From the NCBI GenBank assembly GCA_963815195.1, contig CAWFGE010000012.1, positions 160,001-224,000 on the forward strand: DNA of 64,000 nucleotides. Direction: 5' to 3'. Below are positions 40,503-52,699 of this stretch, piece after piece (position 1 is the first letter of the stretch; each line of letters begins with the position of its first letter). The position numbers were made by a program, and so were the translations under genes. This DNA comes from an uncultured Planctomycetaceae bacterium. GTDB taxonomy: Bacteria > Planctomycetota > Planctomycetia > Planctomycetales > Planctomycetaceae. The notes under the pieces were generated by a model that saw only the letters and a list, made by a program, of their open reading frames with translations, was not told the origin of the DNA and made no database searches.

Positions 40503-42149
40503 CTACGGTTTGCCAGGTCGGCGGAGGTAGTCCACGCCGTAGTCTTCGGGAAGCGGGGTGACGAGATTTTCCTTGGCCCATTTGTTCCATTGGTCCGCGA
40601 GGGTTTGCACCAGGTCGGGCTTTTGGCTGGCGAGGTTGTGAAGCTCCGTGCGGTCTTCCGAGATGTGGTAAAGTTCCCAGGGCGCATCGCGGAGGGCGAC
40701 CAACTTCCAATCGCCCGCATACACCGCCCGGTTGCCTTCGTGCTCGAAGAACAACGTCCGCAGCTCGCGGATTCCCTTTTGCGCGAGGGGAATCAAACTC
40801 TGGCCCGGCAGCGGCAGCTTGCCTTGATATTTCGCCCCGCCCGCGTCGGCGATCGTGGGCAGGAGGTCGATGATGTGGGCCGGTTGGTCGTCGATGGCCC
40901 CCGCGCGAACCCCGCCCGCCGGCCAGTGAATGATGCAAGGCGACGAGATCCCGCCTTCGTGTGTGAAGTGCTTGTACAACCGCCAGGGCGTGTTCGACGC
41001 GTTCGCCCAGCCCGAACCCGCGCTGTGATAATGGCCCGCGCTCCCCATTGCTTCGAGTTCGTTCCCGCGATGCAGGATGTTGTTGTTGCTGGATTTGACA
41101 TCGAACCCGAACGGATCCCACTCCGCACAGGCTCCGTTGTCGGACAGAAACACGATCAGCGTGTTCGCGAACTCGTTCGCTTCTTTCAAGTCGGCAAGTA
41201 CGCGGCCGATGTTCTGATCCATCCGGTCCACCATCGCCGCATAAATCGCCATCCGCCGGGCAAGATCTTTTTGGCGGTCTTCGGGCAACGTGGACCATGC
41301 GGGGTTGACGCCGGTCTGCGTTTCACCGTAATTCCAATACCGCGAACGCGGCGAGAGCGGCGTGTCCGCGGGCACGAGGCCCAGTTCTTTCATCCGCTTC
41401 AGCCGGCGATCGCGAATCACATCCCAGCCGACCTGATAGGTCGCGGCATACTTGGCGATGTCGGCGGGCGGAGCCTGGAGCGGAAAATGCGGGGCGTTAT
41501 AAGCGAGATACAAGAACCAGGGCTTCTCGGGCGTGCTGCGGGCCAGCTTCAGAAAGTCGAGGGCGTAATCGGTGAGGGCATCGGTTCCGTAGAATTGATC
41601 TTTCGCATCGCTCCGCCGTTCGCGGCTGGCGGGCAGGCGCAGGTAATGGTCGGGATCCCAAAACGTCTGGGCACTGATCAACGTGCCGAAGTATTCCTCG
41701 AATCCGTGCCGAGTGGGATCGGGCGTCCCCAAATGCCATTTGCCGGATAGAAACGAGCGATAGCCCGCTTCTTTGAGAACCTCGGCGATCGTGAGGGCGT
41801 CCTCAGAAACCTTCCCGCGATAGCCGGGCCGATGCAGATCTTCGACCTTGTGCCCCACGCCCACGCGGTGCGGATATTGGCCGGTCAGAATGCTCGTCCG
41901 CGACGGGCAGCAGCGGGCCATGTTATAGAGCCGCGTGAGCCTCAGACCGTGTTTCGCCAGGCCGTCCAGGTTCGGCGTCGCGATCTCGCCGCCGTAGCAT
42001 CCCAAATCGCTGAACCCCAAATCGTCCGCGACGATCAGCAACACATTCGGCCGATCCTCGGCGGGGGCGGAAGTCGCCGCTGCTGCGAGAATCCAAATCC
42101 CGATCCCCATCCATAGGGCGCTACGAAACGACATCGGCTGCTGTCTCAT
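40503..42149 (-). CDS. Arylsulfatase
   Basis: PNVLLIVADDLG, CCPSR (FGly motif), GKWHLG, SDNG. Confidence 0.93.
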   Translation of the reverse strand: MRQQPMSFRSALWMGIGIWILAAAATSAPAEDRPNVLLIVADDLGFSDLGCYGGEIATPNLDGLAKHGLRLTRLYNMARCCPSRTSILTGQYPHRVGVGHKVEDLHRPGYRGKVSEDALTIAEVLKEAGYRSFLSGKWHLGTPDPTRHGFEEYFGTLISAQTFWDPDHYLRLPASRERRSDAKDQFYGTDALTDYALDFLKLARSTPEKPWFLYLAYNAPHFPLQAPPADIAKYAATYQVGWDVIRDRRLKRMKELGLVPADTPLSPRSRYWNYGETQTGVNPAWSTLPEDRQKDLARRMAIYAAMVDRMDQNIGRVLADLKEANEFANTLIVFLSDNGACAEWDPFGFDVKSSNNNILHRGNELEAMGSAGHYHSAGSGWANASNTPWRLYKHFTHEGGISSPCIIHWPAGGVRAGAIDDQPAHIIDLLPTIADAGGAKYQGKLPLPGQSLIPLAQKGIRELRTLFFEHEGNRAVYAGDWKLVALRDAPWELYHISEDRTELHNLASQKPDLVQTLADQWNKWAKENLVTPLPEDYGVDYLRRPGKP

Positions 42150-42222
42150 GCGGTTGTCTCCCCCCTTTGCTCCTCGGCGGCCTGTGTGGCCTTGGCGGCC
42201 TCAAAGTCGAAGATTCATTATT

Positions 42223-43224
42223 TCAGAATCTCACTTCCGCGGCGAGGCCGGCGGCCGGCTGCAGGGGATGCGAATAAGGCATGAACCGCATTTGCGAATC
42301 CTGCTGACGATGCTGCCGGCCCACGGTTTTGCCGATGACATAGCCGAGCGTGGCCCCGAAGAACACATCCGACAGATCGTGGTCCTGCTCGTCGATGCGG
42401 CTCCAGCCGATCATGCCGCCCAGCACGTAAATCGGCAACGCGGTCCGAAAGCCTTCGTATTCGTCCACGACCGCGGCCACGGCGAACGCGCTCGACGTGT
42501 GAAACGAGGGGAAGCCGTAATGCCCGTTGTTCCACTGCCGGCTCGGGCGCTCGGTGTCGGCGATGGCTTTGATGCCCACCGTGGTCAGCCCGCTGACCGA
42601 GTAAGCGCTGATGATCGCCTTCATCAGCGAATGCAATTCCTCATCCTCGGTCCATAGGCTATATCCATACACGCCCAGGATAGCGGGAATCTGATATTGC
42701 GGCTCGCCGAAGTGCCCCAGCGCATGCGTGGCATGGCCCCAGCGGATCGGCGACTCGCGAACGTAGTCCCGCGTGTCCTCGTCCCAATCCTGATGAATCC
42801 CGATCGCCCCCCCCAACGCCGCGCCCAACACCGCCGCGTCCCGCCAGTTCAAAAGCCCTTTGGCATCCCGGACCAGCATCGGAAAATAATCGCACGCCTC
42901 CTGCTTAAACAACTCCCCCGGCGACAACCTCGGCGACGTTTCAAAATAAGCCGTCGCACACTCCGGCCCTTCGCTTTTGCCCGCGGCTTCCGGCCACTCG
43001 ACCCGGTTCGCCGCCTCATCCGTCCCCTCGGACGGAGAACTCGTTGGGTGCGGCGAGTCTAAGGCGGCAGGCGAGCCAAGATTCGTGGGCGAGTCCGAGG
43101 CGACAGGCGAGCCGAGTCCCGTGACCGGCGGGGCCAAAACGGATCGCCCCGGCAATTGGCAACCGGACAACGCCAACGCCAACGCCGACATTAAGCCGAA
43201 ACACATCTTCCAGGAAGCATTCAT
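42223..43224 (-). CDS. PAP2-family phosphatase, lipoprotein-like N-terminus
   Basis: K......ERP, FPSFH, SRI....H..SDV; LSGC lipobox. Confidence 0.85.
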   Translation of the reverse strand: MNASWKMCFGLMSALALALSGCQLPGRSVLAPPVTGLGSPVASDSPTNLGSPAALDSPHPTSSPSEGTDEAANRVEWPEAAGKSEGPECATAYFETSPRLSPGELFKQEACDYFPMLVRDAKGLLNWRDAAVLGAALGGAIGIHQDWDEDTRDYVRESPIRWGHATHALGHFGEPQYQIPAILGVYGYSLWTEDEELHSLMKAIISAYSVSGLTTVGIKAIADTERPSRQWNNGHYGFPSFHTSSAFAVAAVVDEYEGFRTALPIYVLGGMIGWSRIDEQDHDLSDVFFGATLGYVIGKTVGRQHRQQDSQMRFMPYSHPLQPAAGLAAEVRF

Positions 43225-43563
43225 GCGCGAAATCCGATTCCATTAGTAGTTGGGCACAATTGATGTCGGCCGTCCCAAGTCCTTCAATCGAGCTTTTCGG
43301 CGGAATCGGCAAAACTCTGCCCACGCCGTTCACTCGCCATAAACTTCGCACTTTCGCCAGCATCCCCAACCGGGAAATGAACAAATCCTGAACCCAAACG
43401 CCTTTCCAAGGATGACGGCGGAGATTGTTCCCGTATAATCGGAAAACCAAAGCAGGCTGAGCGGTCGGCGCTAACGTCCGGTTTCGATGAAACGACTTCC
43501 TAAATCCAAAACCGGCGGCGAGCGCCGTGCCGCTCACAATCTAACCCCCATTGGGAGCCGATT

Positions 43564-44502
43564 GTGACGACCGAAACGCAGCAGCAGATTGCCGAGTTGG
43601 AACAAAATATCGCCCAGGTGCTGTTGGGCAAGCCGGAGCCGATTCAGCTCACGCTGGTCGCACTGTTGGGCGGCGGGCATGTGCTGATCGAAGATTCCCC
43701 CGGCGTCGGCAAAACCTCGCTCGCCAAGGCCGTCGCCAAAAGCCTCGACTGCGAGTTCACCCGGCTGCAATTCACGCCGGACATGCTGCCCAGCGACATT
43801 CTGGGATCGAGCCTGTTTTTGCCGAACTTGGGGGAATTTGAATTTCGCAAAGGCCCGATCTTCACCAACGTGCTCCTGGCCGATGAGATCAACCGCACCA
43901 CGCCCCGCACCCAAAGCGCCCTTTTGGAAGCGATGAGCGAAGGCCAGGTCTCGGTGGAAGGCAAAACCTATCCCGTGGGCCGGCCGTTTTTCGTCATCGC
44001 CACGCAAAACCCGTTCGAGTTCGAAGGCACGTACCCGCTGCCGGAGAATCAGCTCGACCGCTTCATGCTCTGCACGGGCATCGGCTACCCGGAGCGCGCC
44101 ACGGAAATCCAGGTCCTCACCAGCCACCGCCAAGGCGAAGCCGTGGACACCTTAAACGCCGTGATGACCGGCGACGACCTGCACCAGTTGCAGCTCCAGG
44201 TCCGCGAAGTCGCGGTGGAAAACTCGATCAGCGAGTATCTGATCGACATCGTGACCGCGACCCGCAACCACGACATGCTCGAGCTCGGCGTGAGCACCCG
44301 CGGAGCCTTGACGCTGTACCGGGCGGTGCAAAGCCTGGCGTTCATTAAAGGCCGCGATTACGCCGTCCCCGATGATGTCAAAGACCTCGCCGTCCCCGTC
44401 CTGGCCCACCGCGTGATCTGCGGCGGCTTAGTCCACGAAGGCCAACGCGCCAAAGCCCAACAGATCATCCGCCAGATTTTGCAGGAAGCGCCGGTTCCTT
44501 GA
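43564..44502 (+). CDS. moxR: MoxR-family AAA+ ATPase
   Basis: GHVLIED.PGVGKT, QFTPD.LPSDI, ADEINR, ATQNP, LDRF. Confidence 0.93.
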   Translation: MTTETQQQIAELEQNIAQVLLGKPEPIQLTLVALLGGGHVLIEDSPGVGKTSLAKAVAKSLDCEFTRLQFTPDMLPSDILGSSLFLPNLGEFEFRKGPIFTNVLLADEINRTTPRTQSALLEAMSEGQVSVEGKTYPVGRPFFVIATQNPFEFEGTYPLPENQLDRFMLCTGIGYPERATEIQVLTSHRQGEAVDTLNAVMTGDDLHQLQLQVREVAVENSISEYLIDIVTATRNHDMLELGVSTRGALTLYRAVQSLAFIKGRDYAVPDDVKDLAVPVLAHRVICGGLVHEGQRAKAQQIIRQILQEAPVP

Positions 44503-44513
44503 ACAGTTTTCAA

Positions 44514-44583
44514 GAGCCGCGCACGAAGTAAGCGGTTTTCAGGGACTCAGACGACGCAAGACCGCTTACTTCGTGCGCGGCTC
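44514..44583. repeat. REP doublet family A, copy 2
   Basis: Identical 23-bp arms to 12189-12257, diverged spacer. Confidence 0.85.
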
Positions 44584-44798
44584 AGGCATTTTTGGAAGTA
44601 CGGAATTTGGTAACATCTCCCCGAACCCGAAACACGTCGTTCCCGAGTCCGCACAAGCGCTCGTAACGAATCAGCCGGCTTACGCCGGCCGCTCGCCAGG
44701 GGGCAAATTGGTCATTCGGGCTTGGTCATTGGGATTTTATCAATCCAGCACTTCCTGATACAATTCGCGGAACAAATGCAACTCGTTTCGGAGCCTTG

Positions 44799-47391
44799 AT
44801 GATGAGTCGAAGATTGTCCCGCCTGTTGGTCGTCGTGGTTTGTGGTTGCGTTTGCCTGGGCTGTGAAGCCGGGTGGACGGGGTTGATGGCCTCTGCGCTG
44901 GGCGAAGGGGAAAAAGCTTCCCCAGTCGGCGAGGCGAAATCGAAATCCGAAGCCCCGCCCAAAAAACACCCGGCGAACCGGTTGGCCCGCGAGACGAGTC
45001 CTTATCTGTTGCTCCACGCCCACAATCCCGTGGACTGGTACGCCTGGGGGCCGGAGGCTTTCGAGAAAGCCAAGAAGGAAAACAAGCCTATCTTTCTGTC
45101 CATAGGCTACAGCAGTTGCTATTGGTGCCACGTCATGGAGCGCAAAGTCTTCATGAACGAGGACCTCGCCAAGTACATGAACGAGCATTTTGTGTGCATT
45201 AAGGTCGATCGCGAAGAACGGCCCGAAATCGACGACATCTACATGACCGCGTTGATGATCTACCTGCAAGCCGCGGGTTCATCGCAAGGCGGCGGCTGGC
45301 CGTTGTCGATATTTCTGACGCCGGCGGGCAAACCGATCGCCGGCGGCACGTACTTTCCGCCCCAGGCCGAGAAGGGCCTGCCCGGGTTCGGCGACGTGAT
45401 GAAAGTCATCGACAAAGCCTGGAAGGACAATCAGAAAGCCGTCGAGGAAAACGCCGAGGTCTTCGCCCGCGAAGTCCAGCGAAACATGAAGCCCCGCTTC
45501 GGGCTGGAAAACGTGCCGCTGGATCGCAGCCTGGTCGCAGCCGCGGCCCAAGCCGTTCGGGACTCGGCGGACCCGGAATACGGCGGCGTGGATTTCGATG
45601 CGGAATCTCCGAACCGACCCAAGTTCCCGGTGCCGGTGAAGCTGGCCCTGCTGCAATACAATGTCCTTCGCACTGGCGATCAACAAGCCGCGAAGGTGCT
45701 CGATCAGACGCTCGAACACATCGCCAAGGGCGGGATTCGCGATCACCTGGGCGGCGGGTTTCATCGTTACAGCACAGATCGGCGTTGGCTCGTGCCTCAT
45801 TTTGAAAAGATGCTCTACGACCAGGCCCAGCTTGCCGCCGTTTATGCCGAGGCCTTCCGCCGCACACACAACCCCGAATACCGCGCCGCCGCCGAGGACA
45901 CGCTCGACTTCGTGCTCCGTGATCTCAAGGATTCCGCCGGCGGGTTTCACTCGGCCCTCGATGCCGAGACCGAAGGCGTCGAAGGCCGGTATTATGTGTG
46001 GGACAAATCCGAGATCGAAAAGATCCTAGGCCCCGAGAATGCTAAGCTCTTTAACGCGGTTTACGGTCTCGATGAACCCAAGCACTTCGAAGAGGGCTAC
46101 GTGCTCTATCGCCCCGCGGCGTGGGACAAACTCGCGGAGGCTCAGAATCTCACGGTCTCGGAACTCCAATCCAAGCTCGCCCCGCTCCGGCAGAAACTGC
46201 TCGCCGCCCGCAAAAAACGTTCGCCGCTTTTGAAAGATGATAAAATCCTCGCGAGTTGGAACGGTTTGATGATCCGGGCCCTCGCCGAGGCTGGGGACGA
46301 CCTCGGCCGGCCGGAATATATCAAAGCCGCGGAAGCCGCGGCCGTGTTTGTGCTCGCGCACATGCGGGACAAACAGGGCCGATTGCAGCGCACCTACGGC
46401 AAGGGTCAGGCCAAGTTGAATGCCTATCTCGACGACTATGCGTTTCTGATCGAAGGCCTGTTGGCGATTTATGAAGCCACCCACGATCAAAAATGGCTCA
46501 ATGCGTCCGAGCGGTTGATGGACGACCAAATCCGGCTGTTCTGGGACGAGAAAGGCGACGGGTTTTTCTTCACGGCCCATCATCACGAGGAACTCATCGC
46601 CCGCATCAAGCAGGCCGACGACACGGTGCTGCCTTCGGGCAACAGCGTGAGCGTGCGGAACCTCGTCCGCCTCGCCTCGCTCACCGGGCAGGACAAATAC
46701 AAAGGTTACGCCGAGAAGACCCTCAAGCTGTTCGCGCCGCGCTCAAGTCCCGCCCGCGGGGCATGGCGAACATGGCCCTTGCGCTCGGGGAGTTTTTGGA
46801 CGATGCGAACGCCGCCCCCCGCAAAGAAACGTCCGATGCGAAAGAACAAAGCGAAACCAAAAACGCGATCCTCTTGGTCGCCGCCCAGTCCCCGCGCCCG
46901 AAGAAGGCAAAAAGCGGGAGATCGTCACCGCCAAGGCGTATCTCAACGTGGACAAACTCCCGCCCGGGGGCAGTTGCGAGATCGTGGTGTTTCTGGACGT
47001 CCAGGAAGGTTGGCACATCAATGCCAATCCCGCCCAGCCGAAAAACCTGATCCCCACCGAGTTCACGATCACCTCAAAAGCCGGTGTGAAGCTCTCCGAT
47101 GTGACCTATCCGGAAGGCCAGCCGGTGCTGATCGAAGGCTTCGATGAAGCTGCGCTCGTTTACGAGAAAAAAGCCGTCCTACGCGGCAAGCTCACGATCC
47201 CCGCCGATGTGAAGAACGCCGCGTTTGATCCCCTGGAGATCAAAATCCGTTACCAACCCTGCAACGACAACCAATGCCTCGCCCCGAAGACGGCCAAACT
47301 CACCGGCAAAGTCCCCATCGCCCCGCCGGGGCAGCCGGTGAAGTCGATCAACGAGAAACTGTTCCCCAAACCGGATTCAAAAAGACAATAG
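44799..47391 (+). CDS. YyaL/SPATA20-like thioredoxin-domain protein with C-terminal DsbD-N-like domain (frameshifts near 46740 and 46900)
   Basis: [62 protein letters not shown]. Confidence 0.88.
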
Positions 47392-47447
47392 TAATTGACT
47401 TCGCCTGTGCTGGGCGCAACACTTGGAACCATCTCAATACGTGAATG

Positions 47448-47900
47448 AATGCGACTTTTGAAATCAACCTGGAATATATCGGTTGCGACCATCACCGTCA
47501 CACTTTTCGGATCGCGTTCGCAGGAAGTACCGATAGACTCCTTCTGCCATATCCGGACGTAATCAGTCTGCAATTCAAGACAACAACAGGCGACCCGGTT
47601 AGCGAATGGAAAACGCGAGTATTGGCTTCAGTACCGTTGGATGAATTTGTGCTAAACCAGGAAGCCCGAATCGCGTTTGACTTAACGGCATGGATAAACA
47701 TCGAACCAGACCTGAAGCATCGATGGACCATTCAAATTCCGTCTGGGGCAGTCGAAGCCCAAATCGTCTATACCGTCGATCCTGACATAGAACGCTACGA
47801 CTACCTCGCAAGACGCTCAAGATTCGCAGCGATCACAAAGCCTTGGAGTGGTTCGATTAAATCAAATCTGGTCCAATTCGCAGTAGTCGGTTGCCGGTAA
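47448..47900 (+). CDS. Low-GC hypothetical protein
   Basis: 150-aa ORF with atypical codon usage filling the gap. Confidence 0.55.
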   Translation, partial: NATFEINLEYIGCDHHRHTFRIAFAGSTDRLLLPYPDVISLQFKTTTGDPVSEWKTRVLASVPLDEFVLNQEARIAFDLTAWINIEPDLKHRWTIQIPSGAVEAQIVYTVDPDIERYDYLARRSRFAAITKPWSGSIKSNLVQFAVVGCR

Positions 47901-47938
47901 TCAGGAATTCGGAATTGCCTATTGCAAAACCGACGGTT

Positions 47939-48080
47939 GGGTGGCTGGGCGCAGATTCCTCTACGAATAAAGTTAAGCCAGCGAATACTGGGGCAATGGA
48001 CGCGACAGAAATGACTCCCATGGCCCCAGCTTTCGGAACGCGTTTTTCGCTTGATCCGTTCCTTTGCGCCCCAGCCACCC
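47939..48080. repeat. REP doublet family D-like
   Basis: GGGTGGCTGGGCGCA...TGCGCCCCAGCCACCC. Confidence 0.6.
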
Positions 48081-48122
48081 TCCGGCGCTCAATAAACAAC
48101 CATAGAATAGGACACGCCTCCC

Positions 48123-49592
48123 ATGGATCTAAGGCATCGGCGGTACACGGAAAAGCCGCTCGTTAAAACCAAAATCATCGCCACGGTGGGGCCGGCGTGT
48201 TGGGAGCGGGAACGGCTGAAGGATTTGATCATCGCCGGGGCCGACTTATTTCGGCTCAACTTCGCCCACGGGCAGTACGACATTTTGGACCGCGTGCTGG
48301 CGGATATCCGGGCGGTGTCCAAAGAACTCAAGCGGCCCATCGGCGTCTTGGGGGATTTGTCGGGGCCGAAAATTCGCCTGGGGCAACTGCCGGACGAGGG
48401 CATCTATTGCGAGATGGGGCAGCAGTTCCATTTTGTGCGCGGCGACGTGTCCTCGGAACCGAACCAGCTCACCTGCACTTACGACAGGCTGATCGACGAC
48501 CTGCGGGCGGGCGACCGGATTCTGCTCGCCGACGGCACCGTGGCGATGCGGGTCATCGGCACCAACGCCCAGGAAGGCCGAATCGTCTGCACCGTGGAAG
48601 TGCCGGGCCTCCTTCGCAGCCGGCAGGGGATCAACCTGCCCGGCGTCACGCTTTCGACGCCGAGCCTCACCGACAAAGACAAAGCCGACCTCGATTGGGC
48701 CATTCAGAACGAACTGGATTTCATCGGCTTGAGCTTCGTCCGCCGGGCGGACGATGTCCGGCTTTTAAGGCAGGAGATCAACGCCCGAAAGCCCGCCCAT
48801 CCGCCGCACATCGTCGCCAAAATCGAGAAGATGGAAGCCGTCACCGAACTCGACGAGATTCTCGAACTGACCGATGCGGTGATGGTCGCCCGCGGCGATT
48901 TGGGCGTCGAAGTCGATATCGAGCGCGTGCCCACGCTGCAAAAGCGGATTGTGAAGCTCTGCAATCGGCATCGCATTCCGGTCATCACCGCCACGCAGAT
49001 GCTCGACAGCATGCAGGAGCACGAACGCCCCACGCGGGCCGAGGCCAGCGACGTCGCCAACGCGGTTCTGGACGGCAGCGACGCGGTGATGCTCTCCGGC
49101 GAGACGGCCATCGGCAAATTCCCGACCGAAGCGGTGTCGATGATGAGCCGCATCGCCTGGGAAGCCGAGCGGCTGGTCACTCCCAACCGCTTCGGCGATC
49201 CCGATAGCAACCCCAATACGCGGGCCACGCTGGTCACCGAAGCCGTCACGCTGGGAGCCGGCGCCGCCGCCGAGCGGCTGGAAGCGGATCTCATCGTAAT
49301 CGCCACGCACTCCGGCCGGACGGCGATGGCCCTCTCCAAGCAGCGGGGCAAGGTTCCAATCCTGGCGATCACCGACCGCCCCGCCTCCGCCCGCCGGATG
49401 TGCCTCTACTGGGGCATCACCCCCTTGGAGACCGAAGCCGTCCACAAGCTCCCGCACGAACTGTTGGAGTACGTCGTCGAGTGGGGCCAGCGGGAAGAAG
49501 TCCTCGAACGCGGCGGCCGCTTAGTCCTCGTCACCAGCACCGACTGGTCCGCCGAGGGCAAGAACCTCATGCTGGTCCACGCGCTGCCCTGA
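48123..49592 (+). CDS. pyk: Pyruvate kinase
   Basis: TKIIATVGPA, RLNFAHG, DL.GPKIR, AKIEK, MVARGDLG, ATQML.SM, PTRAE, MLSGETA. Confidence 0.96.
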   Translation: MDLRHRRYTEKPLVKTKIIATVGPACWERERLKDLIIAGADLFRLNFAHGQYDILDRVLADIRAVSKELKRPIGVLGDLSGPKIRLGQLPDEGIYCEMGQQFHFVRGDVSSEPNQLTCTYDRLIDDLRAGDRILLADGTVAMRVIGTNAQEGRIVCTVEVPGLLRSRQGINLPGVTLSTPSLTDKDKADLDWAIQNELDFIGLSFVRRADDVRLLRQEINARKPAHPPHIVAKIEKMEAVTELDEILELTDAVMVARGDLGVEVDIERVPTLQKRIVKLCNRHRIPVITATQMLDSMQEHERPTRAEASDVANAVLDGSDAVMLSGETAIGKFPTEAVSMMSRIAWEAERLVTPNRFGDPDSNPNTRATLVTEAVTLGAGAAAERLEADLIVIATHSGRTAMALSKQRGKVPILAITDRPASARRMCLYWGITPLETEAVHKLPHELLEYVVEWGQREEVLERGGRLVLVTSTDWSAEGKNLMLVHALP

Positions 49593-49613
49593 GCGGGTCA
49601 CGAGCAAAGAGCA

Positions 49614-52578
49614 TTAGTCGCCAAGTCCATCGAAAAATGGGCCGTATTTCTGAAGGCGTGCAAAGCGATCCTTGGCTTTCTCTGGCGTATAGTTTTTTCG
49701 GAAGCTCGCATCGATTTCATAATGTTTGCGAATGATGAGCCAAGGAGTCAGATTCTCCTCCAACTTCATTTCTTCAATTCGGCCGTCGCGAAGATCGAGA
49801 AGGAAAACTTCCGACATCAACGCCATAGCGATTTCCACCGGGCCGAACTTATTATTGCTTTCGATCCATCCAGAAAGCTGATCCAAAGATCGGGTTTTGT
49901 AAAAGGCGTCGTCATTAAACGGAGAATTCGGGTTCCTCTTTCTCATTCGCTCGCTACGAACAATATGAAAGGCCCAGACAAACTGCCGAGCCGTGTCGTA
50001 ATCCAAATTCCGGTTGGCTCCAATTTCACAAAGCTGTGCCATGAGACGATCCGCATCTTGGGGGCTGAACTCTTTTCGTTCCAAGTCCGAGATAACCGAC
50101 GTTAGCCATTCGGATGTTTCGCGGCACTCTCGCTTCAATAGGTCAGTATCGCCCTCCAAAGCCTTGTTCATGGACCGTTCGACCTTGGTCATCCTATCGT
50201 CAAACCCCGCTCCACGGTGCCTCGTCGTGAAATCGCAGGCCAGCCTGGCCATTTCCACTGACCATTGGGAAGGGGGGCGCTTTGAGATGTTTCGTTTGTC
50301 GAAGCACTTCTTTAGCTCCGCATATCGCGATTCGGGGAGCACATTTGGTGCATATTCAATCCAGCTAGGACTCTCTATGGGAATTGTCAGCTCGTGATCG
50401 CACAAATCCGCGATCAACTTCAACTGCTCGTTGAGATAAACGAGCGAGTTGAGCAACACGCGCTGAGCGCGCATGTGGTCGTTAATGTCGAACTTCTGTT
50501 TGCATTTCTTCAGCCATTCTTCGCGAATCCCGACTGCCTTTTCATCCAGATCCCGCCAATGCCGAGGCATTTGGGACAAAAACGTCTCCACTTCAAACCG
50601 GGGTAATGGTGGGTGTCCGGCGCGATACATTTCCGGCGTGATAAACCGTCCCGCGCGGAGATTCCCTTGATGACACGACAAGCACAACTGAGACTTTGAA
50701 ACCGGCGAAAAAAGGTTGTACATCCCAAACTGTTCTTGTTTCTGTTCCGCCGTGAGAAACCGCCATTCCTGTTTGGAAATATGTTTCGCTTCCCAACCCT
50801 TTGCTTCTTTCGTTCCTCCCGCCGCGCCATGGCAGCCTTCACAATCGACGCCGTGAATAAGACTATTTAACTTCAGCATCTCAGCGGAAATAAGACCGTC
50901 TTGATCTCGCTGCAATTCCTTAAGAGGAATGCCGGAATGGCACGCCACGCAGCGGGCATCGCGATGCACGACCGATTTGCCTTTCGCATCGACGATTCCC
51001 AATTCTTTGCCAATGGCTATTGCACGGTCGGTTATCAGGATCAAGAAGGCGCCGTGGTGCATGTCATTACTCGCCCAAGTCGAGGCTTCATTGAGGAGCA
51101 CCCAATTGTCATCCCGAGAATGTAACGGTAAAAAACCCATGGCTTGATCCGCACTTCGTTTTGCCGCATGACAGCGGATACAGTGGACCACGTCGGTTGG
51201 TTCACGGTGCTGCGAATGAGGCAGCACGACGTAAGGCGCGTCGCCGGAAAAAGCTGGAGCGGGCTTTAGTACCGCGTCAATGGAAATGGGGCACTCCGAA
51301 GGAGGACCCGTTTCAGGAATTGGTGGCAACGGAACCGATTTCTTTCGGTATGGTGTGGCAGACCCAGACGAGGCGGCCGGTGGAAATTGATCGGACGTTG
51401 ACGAGCCAGCGGCTTTAAGTGGGCCGGCGCCGGTGCTTCGGTCCGGTTCCGATTTCGACGAAGATGATTCAGCCTGCCCGTCGTCTTCCTGGGTCACTCC
51501 CGCGCGAAACAAGATCCCAGCGAGAATCAGCATCGCCAAACCGGCCGTGGTGAACCACCCGATCTTGCGAATCTTTGCGTGCGCGGCGTTCGCGCTTTAA
51601 GCGTTTGACGCGATCGGGGATCACGGGATCCTGGCCGATCGCCTTTTGCAGGTCCAATGCCAACTCTTCCGTCGTCTGATACCGGTCCTCCGGATTCTTT
51701 CGCAGGCACCGCAAACAGATCCGCTCGAGGTTTTTGGGGCATTTCGGAGCGAGCTTCCGAGGCTTGGGCGGCTCGGTGTGCACCGAGTCATAAATCAAGC
51801 TGGAGAGGCTTCCCTGGAATGGCGGCCGGCCCGTAAATAGCTCGAACAGAATCACCCCCAGGGAATAGATATCCGCTCTGCGATCGGCTTCATGGCCCTT
51901 GCCGCGGGCTTGCTCGGGCGGCATGTAGGCCGCCGTGCCCATGACTTTGCCATCCTCCGTCAGGGTGGCTTCCCCGCGTTCCCGTTTGGCCAGACCGAAA
52001 TCCGCAATATGCGGTTCTCCGTGGGGATCAATCAGCAGGTTGGAAGGTTTCAAGTCGCGATGTACGACACCATTTTCGTGAGCGTGATGCAATGCCAAGG
52101 CAACCCGCGCGATCAAATCGGCGGCGCTGATCGCGTCGAGATCGCGATCCCCCGACAGCCAATCCTTGAGATTGATGCCGTCGATATATTCGCTGACGAT
52201 GTAGGGCCGATTCTCGTGGAGACCCACTTCCAGGATCTTCACGATATGCGGATGCTGCAGGTGCGCCGCGGCCCGGGCTTCGCGGAGAAACGCCTCGGCT
52301 TCTTCCTGAGTCAGGCAGTCGCGATGCGGAATCTTGACGGCCACCACCCGATCGAGGTTATTGTCGTGCGCCTTCCAAACAACGCCGAACGCCCCTTGGC
52401 CCAAACAAGTCAAACAATCGAACCGGCCAATCGAAAGGGCGGCCTGCGTATGATAAGTGATGGTATCCGACGGCACGAAGTTCAAATGCCGGCCACAACT
52501 GGAGCAATCGATCCCTGTGGCCTGCACATCTTCGACCAGTGTTGAGGCGTTTTGACAAAACGGGCAACGGATAATCAT
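49614..52578 (-). CDS. Ser/Thr kinase - TM - tetraheme cytochrome c fusion (frameshift near 51573)
   Basis: Zn-ribbon CPFC/CSSC, GQGAFG, HRDLKPSN, DFG; removing one A gives RRARKIRKIGWFTTAGLAMLILAGILF joined to ORF with CIRCH, CVACH, CEGCH, CLSCH. Confidence 0.72.
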
Positions 52579-52699
52579 CTGCTTCCGTCCAGGAAATCGT
52601 TTGAAAAGCCGGCTCAAACAAACGCGTCACCAGATAATCCAGTTTACTCGTTGCGCGGTCGCTCGGCAAACATTTTGTTTCGGCGTTTGTATCGCTCTT

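Noticed and set aside
12189..44583. 32-kb inversion between family A REPs that would place moxR upstream of the vWA gene
   Set aside because: Spacers and flanks of the two copies are in direct orientation, and no DUF58 gene would be restored
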